From IMG/VR virus record IMGVR_UViG_3300024269_000017: 64,000 bases of DNA; one strand, 5' to 3'. The notes under the pieces are model-generated. The model had not been told where the DNA came from. It worked only from the letters and a program-made list of their open reading frames with translations, and did no database searches. Below, one piece after another: positions 38,790 to 48,301 of the stretch (within the stretch, counting starts at the first letter, position 1; the number at the start of each line of letters is the position of its first letter). The position numbers and the translations under genes were made by a program. Source of the stretch: a virus. Taxonomy: Duplodnaviria; Heunggongvirae; Uroviricota; Caudoviricetes.

Positions 38790-38832
38790 AAAAAGGGAGA
38801 TACTAACCGAAGTTAGTATCTCCCTATATTGT
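38790..38832 (-). terminator. strong rho-independent terminator after 38845-39777 gene
   Basis: GGGAGATACTAAC-TTCG-GTTAGTATCTCCC hairpin followed on minus strand by TTTTTTTA. Confidence 0.7.
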
Positions 38833-38844
38833 CATAGTATTAAA

Positions 38845-39777
38845 TTATTCTTGTGCTTCATCCAACTGACCGAAGATACCAGCATCTTCAACGATCTGAA
38901 GAGCAGCAATAACCTTCTTGGTCTTGTCAAACTTGGTATAATCCGGGAAAGCATCCATGGTAAAGGTGAAGGTGGAAGGATCACCGGTAGGAGCCATGGT
39001 GAAGGTGAAGTTAGACTGAACCTTGCAGTTTGGAATAATGAACTCTGCAGGGAAGTCATCACCAGTTGCCTGATCACGGAACAAGGTAGAAGCTTCAAGA
39101 TAGTAAGAACCACCGAACTTACCAGCTTCAATATCAATCTGCTTTACGCCCTTAGCAGCTTCGATGTAGTAGTCAACATAAAGAATGTCGCCTTCTGCAA
39201 CAGTAGGAGCGTTCTGAGTGGGTAGCTTCAATTCAATATGACGAGCATCCTGATTGTAAGCGGTAGCCCAGTTATCAAGAACATCCTGAATAACCATTTC
39301 TGCACCAATATCAGTAGAAGCAATCTGCATAGGTAGCTTAGAAGCATCAATAGAGCCGTCCTCAGTCATGAGCATGATATACATTTCACCCTGATTAGAA
39401 GGCTTCTTCTCAAGCTTAACCTTTAGAGCGCCACCATCATTAACAACTTCCAACTGTTCGGTAGCATGAACATAAATCTTCTCATCATCAGAAGCATCCA
39501 TGAAACCAGCACCAGAAAGAATGGAGAAGCTCTCAGGAGAAATCAAAGCATCTTCCATAGTAAAGGTTACAACGCGGTCGCCTTCCCAAGCTACCAAGCG
39601 AGGATTACCTTTACCACCCTGAGCATAAACAGTAGTAGCAGTACCTTCAAGACTGGAAGTCTTCAAGGTATCGAAATAAAGAACAGGCATGTTCTTATCC
39701 AAATAAAGCTTACCGAAATAACCGCCGGCCTTCTTCTTTAGCACAACGTCACAAATTTCGCGTACACCAAATTTCAT
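38845..39777 (-). CDS. abundant structural protein, major tail (tube)-like (310 aa)
   Basis: ORF track; GGAGGAAAAAACC RBS; higher GC and codon bias than neighbours; strong terminator downstream; no TAG. Confidence 0.6.
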   Translation of the reverse strand: MKFGVREICDVVLKKKAGGYFGKLYLDKNMPVLYFDTLKTSSLEGTATTVYAQGGKGNPRLVAWEGDRVVTFTMEDALISPESFSILSGAGFMDASDDEKIYVHATEQLEVVNDGGALKVKLEKKPSNQGEMYIMLMTEDGSIDASKLPMQIASTDIGAEMVIQDVLDNWATAYNQDARHIELKLPTQNAPTVAEGDILYVDYYIEAAKGVKQIDIEAGKFGGSYYLEASTLFRDQATGDDFPAEFIIPNCKVQSNFTFTMAPTGDPSTFTFTMDAFPDYTKFDKTKKVIAALQIVEDAGIFGQLDEAQE

Positions 39778-39802
39778 AGGTTTTTTCCTCCTTAAAATTC
39801 AA

Positions 39803-40549
39803 TTAATGGATATTTTTCATCCAATCATTGGGCTTGCCATCGGGTTTACCTCCGGCCAAGCGAGACCGTATGTCTAAATCCCAACTAATCCATAAGCCAT
39901 ATCGTTCAATTAAATCATATAGCTAATAAACAGTTAGATCTAAACACTTATCTAGACTCATTGAATTTAATCCAATAGTAAGAATAGATACATAACGAGC
40001 TAACACGCTTCCTTCCCCTTCTCCTCGTAGCTGGGCTGCTCTCTAACGACCTTTCATTAGCTTGGCCGCAATTTGAGCGGCTCGCTCATTAGCAGGGTTG
40101 AAATTAGAATTCTATCCACCCGCAGTATTATTCATACCAGCCATATTTGTTAATACAGCCTAAAAAGCATCAAAATTATTTTCATCTAAAACAAAGTGGT
40201 GCTAAGTTTCAGCATTATTAAAATAGATGCTATGAGGAAGAAATTGAGCGGTATACCCAGGAAAAAGTAATACAAACATTGAAATCATTGCATTTCGTTT
40301 TTCATTTACGTTTTTCATTTCTGGGTCTGTTACCAACGTCATAAATATCTAAAAATTATTCATAGCCTATAGAGCAGAACTGCCCTATGGGTTTGCAGCT
40401 ATGATTATCTATTTATTGAAGCATAGTATTTGTAACGATGAAAAATACTATTCTTCGCCTAAGAAAGAAATTTCTCTAATAGTTGGCTAATGTAAACTTG
40501 TACCTAATTCTGGAATTGGGATATCGGTTCCAGCCATTAACTGCAACAT
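39803..40549 (-). CDS. 249-codon structural gene with 11 in-frame TAG codons
   Basis: hand-stepped every codon: ATG 40547-49 after GAGGGAGGGG RBS; TAGs at 40487, 40448, 40409, 40385, 40367, 40349, 40202, 40160, 40112, 40043, 39923; no TAA/TGA until TAA at 39803-05, which sits just before the RBS of the next gene. Confidence 0.6.
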
Positions 40550-40564
40550 GCATACCCCTCCCTC

Positions 40565-41509
40565 TTAAAACAGCGATTCAACAACAACTGTTTTTACAAG
40601 AGGTCCATAATGAATTTCAAATTGTCCACTAACCATCGCGGTCCATTGAACAGTTAACACATTTTTATCTGTGCTCCAAGTTAATACATCAGCAACCTCT
40701 TTATTATCAGAAGCTAACGTAATATACCAATAGCAATCGGGATCAATAAGATTAGAGGTATAAGATACACTTTGCAAAGGTTTAATAAATGTTTCTCCAG
40801 AAATTTGCGGCGCCAATGGTGCCTCAACCTCTTTATTGGGATCAACAACCTCTACAAGCAATTCATCATGATGACAATCATAATCTTCTTCTGCAGTCAC
40901 TTCCAATACTCCTGGTGTACTAATAGCATCAGGAGCTTGCACCATCCAAGTGCGTCCCGCAAATGAAAATCTACAGTAGCGCTCAAATAATTGTCGATTT
41001 TTTTCTGTATTTGGTACATAAAAAACTAATGACATATTCGGCACATCTGCAACAATACCAGCCTTTTGAATTGTATTAATTTTAGTTTCAACTGGTCCTC
41101 TAATTGAGCCATAGATTGTTAATTTATCTCCAGTGTCTGGATCTTCTACTTCAATCTCTTGGCATCGTCTAATATTGCCCCTAAAGTAGGCTAACTCCGT
41201 TAACTCTTGTTTAAGAATAATCCAATGGATATGAGAATCCTTTGGCCATTCAAAAGTATCACCCGGCTTAAAGTCATGTTTCCAATCGACCGATACAATT
41301 TTTTCATCATAGTCAAATTTCACTTTATCCGGATTGATTAATGCCCTACACCATTCAGCATCTTCTGCATCTTTTCTAATCCAACCAGATTGATAAGAAT
41401 ACAAAAGTGCACGATGAAAAGAGCGTTCTTTATCTCGAATCATGCGCTCACGCTGGCGATCATTATTCGCGTAAATCGCACGAATTCGCATTCTATCTAA
41501 ATTATCCAT
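40565..41509 (-). CDS. head-tail region structural protein (314 aa)
   Basis: ORF track; TAA stop. Confidence 0.65.
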   Translation of the reverse strand: MDNLDRMRIRAIYANNDRQRERMIRDKERSFHRALLYSYQSGWIRKDAEDAEWCRALINPDKVKFDYDEKIVSVDWKHDFKPGDTFEWPKDSHIHWIILKQELTELAYFRGNIRRCQEIEVEDPDTGDKLTIYGSIRGPVETKINTIQKAGIVADVPNMSLVFYVPNTEKNRQLFERYCRFSFAGRTWMVQAPDAISTPGVLEVTAEEDYDCHHDELLVEVVDPNKEVEAPLAPQISGETFIKPLQSVSYTSNLIDPDCYWYITLASDNKEVADVLTWSTDKNVLTVQWTAMVSGQFEIHYGPLVKTVVVESLF

Positions 41510-41792
41510 CCAATAAAGAGTTAGCTAATTCAGTTAATAAAGAAATAGAACTAAATACAGCTACTCTATATGTCATAAAATCTGTGGTCTGCGGCAAACC
41601 TTCTAATTTCGATAAAAGAATTAAAAGATTCAATTGATCGCCAAACATTGCCTATAGACCATACAATTCATTCAAAACAGAGCCTAATTGCTTTTGCCAA
41701 TCCTCATTATTTTCTCGCATTGGTAGCAATTTCCAAACTTGGTTTATTAAACGTCTTAAATCTTTATTGAGAGTTTCATTAGAAAAAATCAT
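41502..41792 (-). CDS. small head-tail protein (~96 aa) with one in-frame TAG
   Basis: ATG after GGGAGGCAATTGGAAA RBS; open to TAA that overlaps the start of the 40565-41509 gene; too fragmented for the ORF track. Confidence 0.35.
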
Positions 41793-42148
41793 TTTCCAAT
41801 TGCCTCCCATCCCCACATATCATCACAGTTACAATCTTCTGTGTTAGAAGTTTTATCACTAGTGATTGGGATCCAGTCTGGATCATCGCAATCGCAATTA
41901 ATATTGCCATTTACATTAGAACCAGTACCAGTACCCACTGTTGTGGAAGTGGTAGCACCTCCATCAAATACACTTTGTCTGAAGATACTCCAATTAGATT
42001 CAATTCTACCATCACTGGTATTTCTACGACGTTTATATAAACGTTGTGCGTGAGTTGACTCACGCACATTCTCTGATTTTAATTGTAATAGTTTAGATAA
42101 ATGATTGGCTTGAGAAGTCATTTTGAAGTCTGAACCAGAATACTTCAT
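41789..42148 (-). CDS. hypothetical head-tail connector-region protein (119 aa)
   Basis: ORF track. Confidence 0.5.
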   Translation of the reverse strand: MKYSGSDFKMTSQANHLSKLLQLKSENVRESTHAQRLYKRRRNTSDGRIESNWSIFRQSVFDGGATTSTTVGTGTGSNVNGNINCDCDDPDWIPITSDKTSNTEDCNCDDMWGWEAIGK

Positions 42149-42172
42149 TCGAGTATTCTCAATAGAATTGAT

Positions 42173-42427
42173 CTATCGCTCAAGCCAAGCAGTTTTCATC
42201 AAAAGAGCTAAAATATGAATTTCTTCAATCGTTAGATCGACATTATACTGTTCCAGCTCTTCGTCGTAGTTATACAATTGAAAACGAGGAAATTCAAAAA
42301 ATGGGATGGCATCCAATAGAAACTGTTTTACATCACGCAAAGTATCTTCATAGGTCAACTCAAGATACATATCATCTGTAATCTTGCCGAAGAATCTATT
42401 ATAGATAGTTTCAAAGGATGTTGCCAT
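42173..42427 (-). CDS. hypothetical small protein (84 aa)
   Basis: ORF track. Confidence 0.5.
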   Translation of the reverse strand: MATSFETIYNRFFGKITDDMYLELTYEDTLRDVKQFLLDAIPFFEFPRFQLYNYDEELEQYNVDLTIEEIHILALLMKTAWLER

Positions 42428-42430
42428 TGA

Positions 42431-43021
42431 TTACGCCTCCTGCTTTGGAGTGACTACCTTATACTGCGGGACTGCGGTACGACGGCCAGTAGCAGGCTGT
42501 GCTTCCTCAGTCTTCACACGACGCACAGGAGTAATTGCTTCGGCTTTCACGCCAGACTCTTCTTCCTCTGCCTTGCGAGCTTCTTCCAAATGCTTAATCG
42601 CTGCGGTTACGTCGAAGCCCATCTTTTCTTTGATAGCTTCACGCTTACGATTATCATTTACTGGAAGTGCCACAGCGTGCTTCTTAATTAAATCAAGCAC
42701 GCCTTCGGGAGCAAAATCCAAACAATCTAAGAATGCATCAATAGAACCTTTTTCAAGTAGATCAATAACACCCTTTTCATCCAAATAATATTCAGGCTCA
42801 ACTTTTACAGACATTTCTTGTAGAGCGGACTCATCCTGAACAAATAGATGCTTGCGAATTAGATTCATGCCGCCGGGCAAATAAGACAGAGCATTTAGTT
42901 CGTCCATAGAAATGGTTTTTACTTCGTTGGGAGCAAACTCGCGACGAACACCCATTTCCGGCACACTGTATACAACCATAGAACTACTTCTATTCTTTAC
43001 AGAAACTTTCTTATCACTCAT
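42431..43021 (-). CDS. hypothetical protein (196 aa), possible head completion/DNA-packaging protein
   Basis: ORF track; directly downstream of capsid gene. Confidence 0.5.
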   Translation of the reverse strand: MSDKKVSVKNRSSSMVVYSVPEMGVRREFAPNEVKTISMDELNALSYLPGGMNLIRKHLFVQDESALQEMSVKVEPEYYLDEKGVIDLLEKGSIDAFLDCLDFAPEGVLDLIKKHAVALPVNDNRKREAIKEKMGFDVTAAIKHLEEARKAEEEESGVKAEAITPVRRVKTEEAQPATGRRTAVPQYKVVTPKQEA

Positions 43022-43039
43022 ATTTTAAAACTCCTTTTA

Positions 43040-43068
43040 CTCAAAAATGGGGAGGGAGTGATCCCTCC
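43040..43068 (-). terminator. terminator after major capsid gene
   Basis: GGGGAGGGAGTGATCCCTCCCC hairpin with T-run on minus strand. Confidence 0.5.
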
Positions 43069-43085
43069 CCGATATATTTATTTAA

Positions 43086-44132
43086 TTAACCAGAAACCTT
43101 GTCACCATCATAAACCTTGGTATCCAAGGAGTTGTTTACATAAACGCAAATGTCAGGAGTCATAACGACGCCAACGCCAACCTTCTTGTAAACCTGGATT
43201 TCACGGCTACGATCCTTGTTAACATACTCGTCAACAATGGTAGCACCTTCCATAACAACCTTAGCTGGCTTTACAGAACCAGGTAGGATGTAGCAATGGG
43301 AAGGATCAATAACCTTCTCGGTATGAGTAGCATCAGTGAAACCTTGTGGAAGAATAACAACAGGATGATTCTTATAAGAAGCAAAGCGACCATTATTCCA
43401 GATAACATCCTTCATGTTGTCAGACCACATATTAGCATTCTCAGGACGAATGGTGCTAGCAAACTCCTCAGTGCAGTAGATGGTAGGAGTACCATAAGCT
43501 GCAGCAATAGAAATAAGACGATCGAATGCCTTCTCGTCGAAAGCAGAAGCCTCAACCTTATTCATGGTTGGAAGCTGATTCAAACCAGTCTTAAGAGCCT
43601 GACCGATCTCCCAGTAAATAAGCTCGTCCATGCCGTCCATAACGATCTTGGTAACTTCAGCAAAATCAGCACGACCATCAAGGAACTCCTCAAGACCGAT
43701 CTGAGCTGCGCCACCAATAGCGCTGGTCTGCATTTCGATAGCAGTATCCTTACCAAGCTTAAAGACTTCGTAGATACCTGCAAGTCCGACCTTGGTAATA
43801 AACTGCTTAGCACGCTGACGATCATGGTGACGATGGAAGATAGCCTTATCGCCCTGACCAATGGTCTTGATCTCAGCAAACTGACCATAGTTTTCCATAA
43901 CCTTCTTAGGAAGTACTTCATCCATAGTCTGCTCAATTAGAGCAAAAATCAAATTCTTATTCTCACGATACTGAGCGAAAGTGCCAGCATACTCGTTGAG
44001 TTCACGGCGAAGAGTCTCATTAAGAGCATCATAAGTCAAATTCTCGCCGTTAAAGCTGTAAGCAACCGGAGCGGAGCGATCAGCTTTAGCAGTAGCCTTC
44101 ATAAGCTTCAAAAGTTCATTTCTTTCTAACAT
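43086..44132 (-). CDS. major capsid protein (HK97-fold-like, 348 aa)
   Basis: ORF track; follows protease/scaffold genes; codon-biased; terminator downstream; no TAG. Confidence 0.6.
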   Translation of the reverse strand: MLERNELLKLMKATAKADRSAPVAYSFNGENLTYDALNETLRRELNEYAGTFAQYRENKNLIFALIEQTMDEVLPKKVMENYGQFAEIKTIGQGDKAIFHRHHDRQRAKQFITKVGLAGIYEVFKLGKDTAIEMQTSAIGGAAQIGLEEFLDGRADFAEVTKIVMDGMDELIYWEIGQALKTGLNQLPTMNKVEASAFDEKAFDRLISIAAAYGTPTIYCTEEFASTIRPENANMWSDNMKDVIWNNGRFASYKNHPVVILPQGFTDATHTEKVIDPSHCYILPGSVKPAKVVMEGATIVDEYVNKDRSREIQVYKKVGVGVVMTPDICVYVNNSLDTKVYDGDKVSG

Positions 44133-44155
44133 AGCTAGTTTCTCTCCTTTCCGAA

Positions 44156-44860
44156 TTACTGAATACGCATGACCTTAACGGCCTTCTGCATATCGCCTAA
44201 ATTGTATACCTTAACAACCTGCCACAACATGCCGGACTCAGCCTCGGTCTTAGCCAAGTAGCCCTTTGCATTAGGAGCAAGAATGTCACCAAGAGCAAGA
44301 GTTTCCTCTGCAACACAGTTAGTAGTAAAGATGTCGCCCTCATGAGTCTTGAATAGACGAGGAGTCATCATACCCTGAACATCAGAAAGTAGCTGAGGCT
44401 GATTTAGATTCTCAATCTCATAGGACTGACCAATCTTCAAATGCATACGACCAAAGTCATCAGCAGCACCCTCATCAGTATAACCAGCAGCATAAACATC
44501 GGTCTCAGCACCGATAGTCTTCATCTGGTTGTCAACATCGCCCTTAGCGCCAACTGGGCTATAAACATAACCATTGTAGTCACGAGCGATCATAGCGAAG
44601 TCCTGGTCGGTCTCCCATGGAGCATAGACCTTAACTTCATTGAAGATAAGCATCCATTCGCCCTTACCTTCAAAATCAACAGTACCATTTACATAGTTGT
44701 ACTTAGCAAACTGACCATTCTCTAGGATCTTGATATCCTTATGAGCAGGCAACTGAGCATAAATTTCACCAGTGCGCTGTGCGGAGAGATGGTTAGGCTC
44801 AACCTGACCGAAGCCATAAGTTACATACTTAGCTTCAGGAGATAATCTTTTAAAAGCCAT
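44156..44860 (-). CDS. head protein (decoration or scaffold-like, 234 aa)
   Basis: ORF track; between protease/scaffold and capsid genes. Confidence 0.5.
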   Translation of the reverse strand: MAFKRLSPEAKYVTYGFGQVEPNHLSAQRTGEIYAQLPAHKDIKILENGQFAKYNYVNGTVDFEGKGEWMLIFNEVKVYAPWETDQDFAMIARDYNGYVYSPVGAKGDVDNQMKTIGAETDVYAAGYTDEGAADDFGRMHLKIGQSYEIENLNQPQLLSDVQGMMTPRLFKTHEGDIFTTNCVAEETLALGDILAPNAKGYLAKTEAESGMLWQVVKVYNLGDMQKAVKVMRIQ

Positions 44861-44886
44861 TTTTTAGCTCCTCCTTTGATATCTAA

Positions 44887-46296
44887 TTACATAGTTTTGG
44901 CAGTCTCACGCACGGCCTTAATCCAGGCTGGTGCATTGTCATTGCCATCGTCGTTGTCACCAAGGGAATAAACCATTGGATCCTGTTTTTCGGGTTCTTG
45001 TTTATCGTTATCAAGGCTGAAATTAACCTTGTTACGAACACAAATAATAGAAAGCTTGGCTTCAATATCATCCAAGGAATAGTTGTCAATATTAGCAACA
45101 ACATCAGCCTTGTCAGTTTCAGTCAACATATAGAAGCCATCAATCATAGCCTGCTTTTCCTTACGATCAGCAGTGGCCTTAAACTCACGAAGTGGAGCGA
45201 TTTCCTTCTCAAGAGAAGCACACTTTACTTCGAGAGCAGCATAATTCTTGGCGAGCTCAACATATTCTGGAATCTCTTCAAGATTATACTTCTTTTCTTT
45301 ATTGCAAGAGCATTCAGACGCAGGTTTTCCGCACTTCGGGCACTTCTTGTCATCCTCGTCCTCTTCTTCATCATCGGACTTGGCGAACTTCTTCTTACCC
45401 TTCTTCTTCTTGTCCTCGTCTTCGTCTTCATCCTCCTCAGACTCTTCAGATTCCTTCTTATCCTCTGAATCATCTTCGTCCTTCTTTGGAGGGAATGGAG
45501 GCTTTTTCTCTTCTTTCTTTTCCTCTTCCTCGTCGGGCTTCTTCTTGAACTCAGTCTCTTCGGCTGAATTCTCGATATTCTGCTCCTCCTCAGTCATAGG
45601 GGTCTTAATATCCTCATTCATTTGAGTTTTTCCTCCTTCTTGTAAAGCTGTTTGTAATTCTTTAATCATGGAGAACAATTGTTCCTTGAACTCTCCATCA
45701 ATAGAGAACTGCGAAGCGATACCCGCTCCCTCAAAGCAAGGTTCGACGTTCTCTCCAAGAATACACAATTTTTGGATAATTGCTTCATTGATAATGAAAA
45801 ACTTAGGCATTCCATTATCGTCTGTTGTCCACTTCCCTTTTGTAAGTTTATTATGAAGTTCCATGGACTGATTATTCCCCTTCTCAATGATACGCTTAGC
45901 CTCTGGGTACACATCATCCCAAATATAACCTTCAGTCATAAGGTACTCATGCTCAACACCATCATCTAAGAATTTCTGGAACCAGACTTTTGCTCCCAAA
46001 TCAACGAAACCATATGGTCGAGTGGTATCAATAATATCAAACTTACCATTTGAAACATCAATCATACGATTATGCTCTTCAAAATCACCAGTAGCCTCAT
46101 TAAAAAAACCAACAATAGGGCAACCTGGCAATGACTTCGCCATATCAGTGGCAACAGCCTTGGTAATTACACTGTGGTTTCTATTGGGATCTTCTCCCAC
46201 ATAACACACTTTAATCTGACACTTAGAGATTAAAGGGTTAACAGGAGTGAAGTTAAGCAATTCAACAGTAGCTTCAACTGGAACACTAATATGCAT
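44887..46296 (-). CDS. prohead protease fused to Glu/Lys-rich scaffold-like domain with Cys4 motif (469 aa)
   Basis: ORF track; long EEKKEEKK / DEDED low-complexity region; CPKCGKPASECSC; GGAGGAAGTTAAATA RBS; no TAG. Confidence 0.55.
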   Translation of the reverse strand: MHISVPVEATVELLNFTPVNPLISKCQIKVCYVGEDPNRNHSVITKAVATDMAKSLPGCPIVGFFNEATGDFEEHNRMIDVSNGKFDIIDTTRPYGFVDLGAKVWFQKFLDDGVEHEYLMTEGYIWDDVYPEAKRIIEKGNNQSMELHNKLTKGKWTTDDNGMPKFFIINEAIIQKLCILGENVEPCFEGAGIASQFSIDGEFKEQLFSMIKELQTALQEGGKTQMNEDIKTPMTEEEQNIENSAEETEFKKKPDEEEEKKEEKKPPFPPKKDEDDSEDKKESEESEEDEDEDEDKKKKGKKKFAKSDDEEEDEDDKKCPKCGKPASECSCNKEKKYNLEEIPEYVELAKNYAALEVKCASLEKEIAPLREFKATADRKEKQAMIDGFYMLTETDKADVVANIDNYSLDDIEAKLSIICVRNKVNFSLDNDKQEPEKQDPMVYSLGDNDDGNDNAPAWIKAVRETAKTM

Positions 46297-46311
46297 TATT
46301 TAACTTCCTCC

Positions 46312-47919
46312 TTAATTAGCAGATTCCTTATTCTAAATAGTTTTTTCAGATTTCTGTCCATCTGGTTTTTCAGGACGACCGCCTTTATTTTCAGAGGAAG
46401 AACCTGTCTAAGAACTTTGAGCTTTCTTCTAAGCCTTCTATCCTAAGATGTCCTCACCATTCATTGTAGAACTCATAATCGGTGGGATCATAATTTCATA
46501 CAAGTGCAATACTTCATTTTCAAAGTGTGCAGTAGCAATAATAGCACTTTGAGAATGACCCATCGCAATCTGCGGTAGCATCTTGGAGTAACCAATCTGC
46601 ACTTGTTCCTTATACATCTTCGCAAGCTCGATGTAGTTGTAGACTGTCGTCTCCAACATATACACTCTAAAGTTATACTTCTTCTTACCGGGGAACTTGT
46701 GACGAACGATCTTGTTTAACATATTACCAAACTGTAGAATCAAATTGCGCATTGAAGCCTCATCATTTAAGATAGACTTTTCAAGAGCAATATTACCATC
46801 TGTATTAAACAAGTTCTAAGAAACACCAAATTGGTTATACAAAGTTCTTTCAACCTTTTCCAAATCATCGGTAGAGGTTGTAGTATTTTTATCCGCCAAG
46901 TCCGCAACAGAGGTATCCGCAAATGTAGTCATAACGTCTACACCAACCGCACGCTTCAACATCTGAACCGCATTGTTGTGAATATCTTTTGCTTCATCAA
47001 CGTCAAAAATCAAATCACCATTCTTATCAAGAGGAAGTTTCTGAATTACAATTTTCAACAATTTCTGCATGGTCTTGCGACGGTCTAAATCCTGCGCTGC
47101 ATCCAAATCCAAAATCGCGGGAATCGCATTTGCAAGAATTGGATAGTCACTACCATTCAGATTTAATTTAATCGCACAAGCGGGATCAAGTAAATACCAC
47201 CCAGCTTGAGAGCCAGATTCATCTTTAAGTTTGCCTTTCTTGTATAAAACATAACCTTTGGCAAACTCTTCTGGGAACATCTTTAAAATTCTAAGTCGCT
47301 GTTCAATAGTTGGGAACTTATCATCAAAGAACTTCATATTGAACTCAACGGCCGGCGAATCGCCAACCATATAACGACTGCGACAATAAGCAACTGGCAA
47401 TTCCTGCAAGGTCATGCCATTAGTGGTATCTACAATATAACCATAGTAGCAACCATTCTTAATAACCTAAAGGGCTACATTGCCGCACATGTATTTAATA
47501 TTTGAGTTATCTAAATAATTAAGAACCTTAGAAAACTCACTTAGAATTTTTTCTTCCTTGATAGAATCATCTTCAACATATGGAACAACATACCAGTCAT
47601 ATCTATACAAAAATGCAAAATATTTGCATAGACGTTCATAGATACCACTTACCTCATAGAAGTAATTTGATATTTCACGCAAGGTGTTATAATCCTTAGT
47701 AGCTAATGCGCGTAAAACCGCATTCTTGTCACCATATGTACGATTGGTCTTTTTTAAAGCACCCAAATCTAAAATAGCATCATCAAGGGTTTGTAGACCA
47801 ATACGAATCTTGCTAAAATCAAGTGGCTCATTATTTTCCGGATCAATATAATCAATATCCCTGCGAGGCGGAGTTAATGCAAAACCTTTAGCACGGATTT
47901 CATCCTATCTTCTTCGCAA
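46312..47919 (-). CDS. portal protein (~535 codons) with >=8 in-frame TAGs; TTG start
   Basis: fragments 46438-46812, 46816-47415, 47467-47766 share one frame; hand-stepped ends: TTG at 47917-19 after AAGGAGG RBS with TAG as codon 5; C-terminal TAGs at 46438, 46429, 46408, 46333; TAA at 46312-14. Confidence 0.55.
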
Positions 47920-47932
47920 CCGTCACACCTCC

Positions 47933-48289
47933 TTAATAGCCAGCCTTTGTCATAATATAATCATAAGTAATAAGATTCTCTTCTGTATACGGAATTTCAA
48001 CTAATGGGATTTCCTTTAATGCACAAAAACGACGTTTCTTGTTATCATTGAACTACTGTTGATAAAAACCTTTTGTTCCACCAAATTTACTTGATGGTTC
48101 ATAATGTTGTTTACCTTGATATTCAATAAGGAAATCAATATTTCCATCATCGTCAAATACACAAAAGTCAAACCGCAAAGGACGACCATTCGGGCTATTT
48201 AAACCCTCAAATGATTGTTCCATTGTGAACCGCAATCCCGCCTCTTCCAGAATCTCTTGAATCTTGATTTCTCCACGAGACGCTCTCAT
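47933..48289 (-). CDS. free-standing DUF559/Vsr-like endonuclease-domain protein (~118 aa), one in-frame TAG at 48053
   Basis: FDFxVFD...IEYQGKQH...EIPLVEIPY motif pattern of the DUF559 PD-(D/E)xK family; GGGAGG RBS; sits between terminase and portal, a typical homing-endonuclease position; paralogous to C-terminus of 53149-53925. Confidence 0.5.
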
Positions 48290-48301
48290 AATGGACCTCC
48301 C

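Noticed and set aside
45250-45560. Highly repetitive GAA/GAT/AAG DNA that could be called a tandem repeat or mobile element
   Set aside because: It is in frame within the protease/scaffold gene and encodes a Glu/Lys/Asp-rich low-complexity linker typical of scaffolding proteins.
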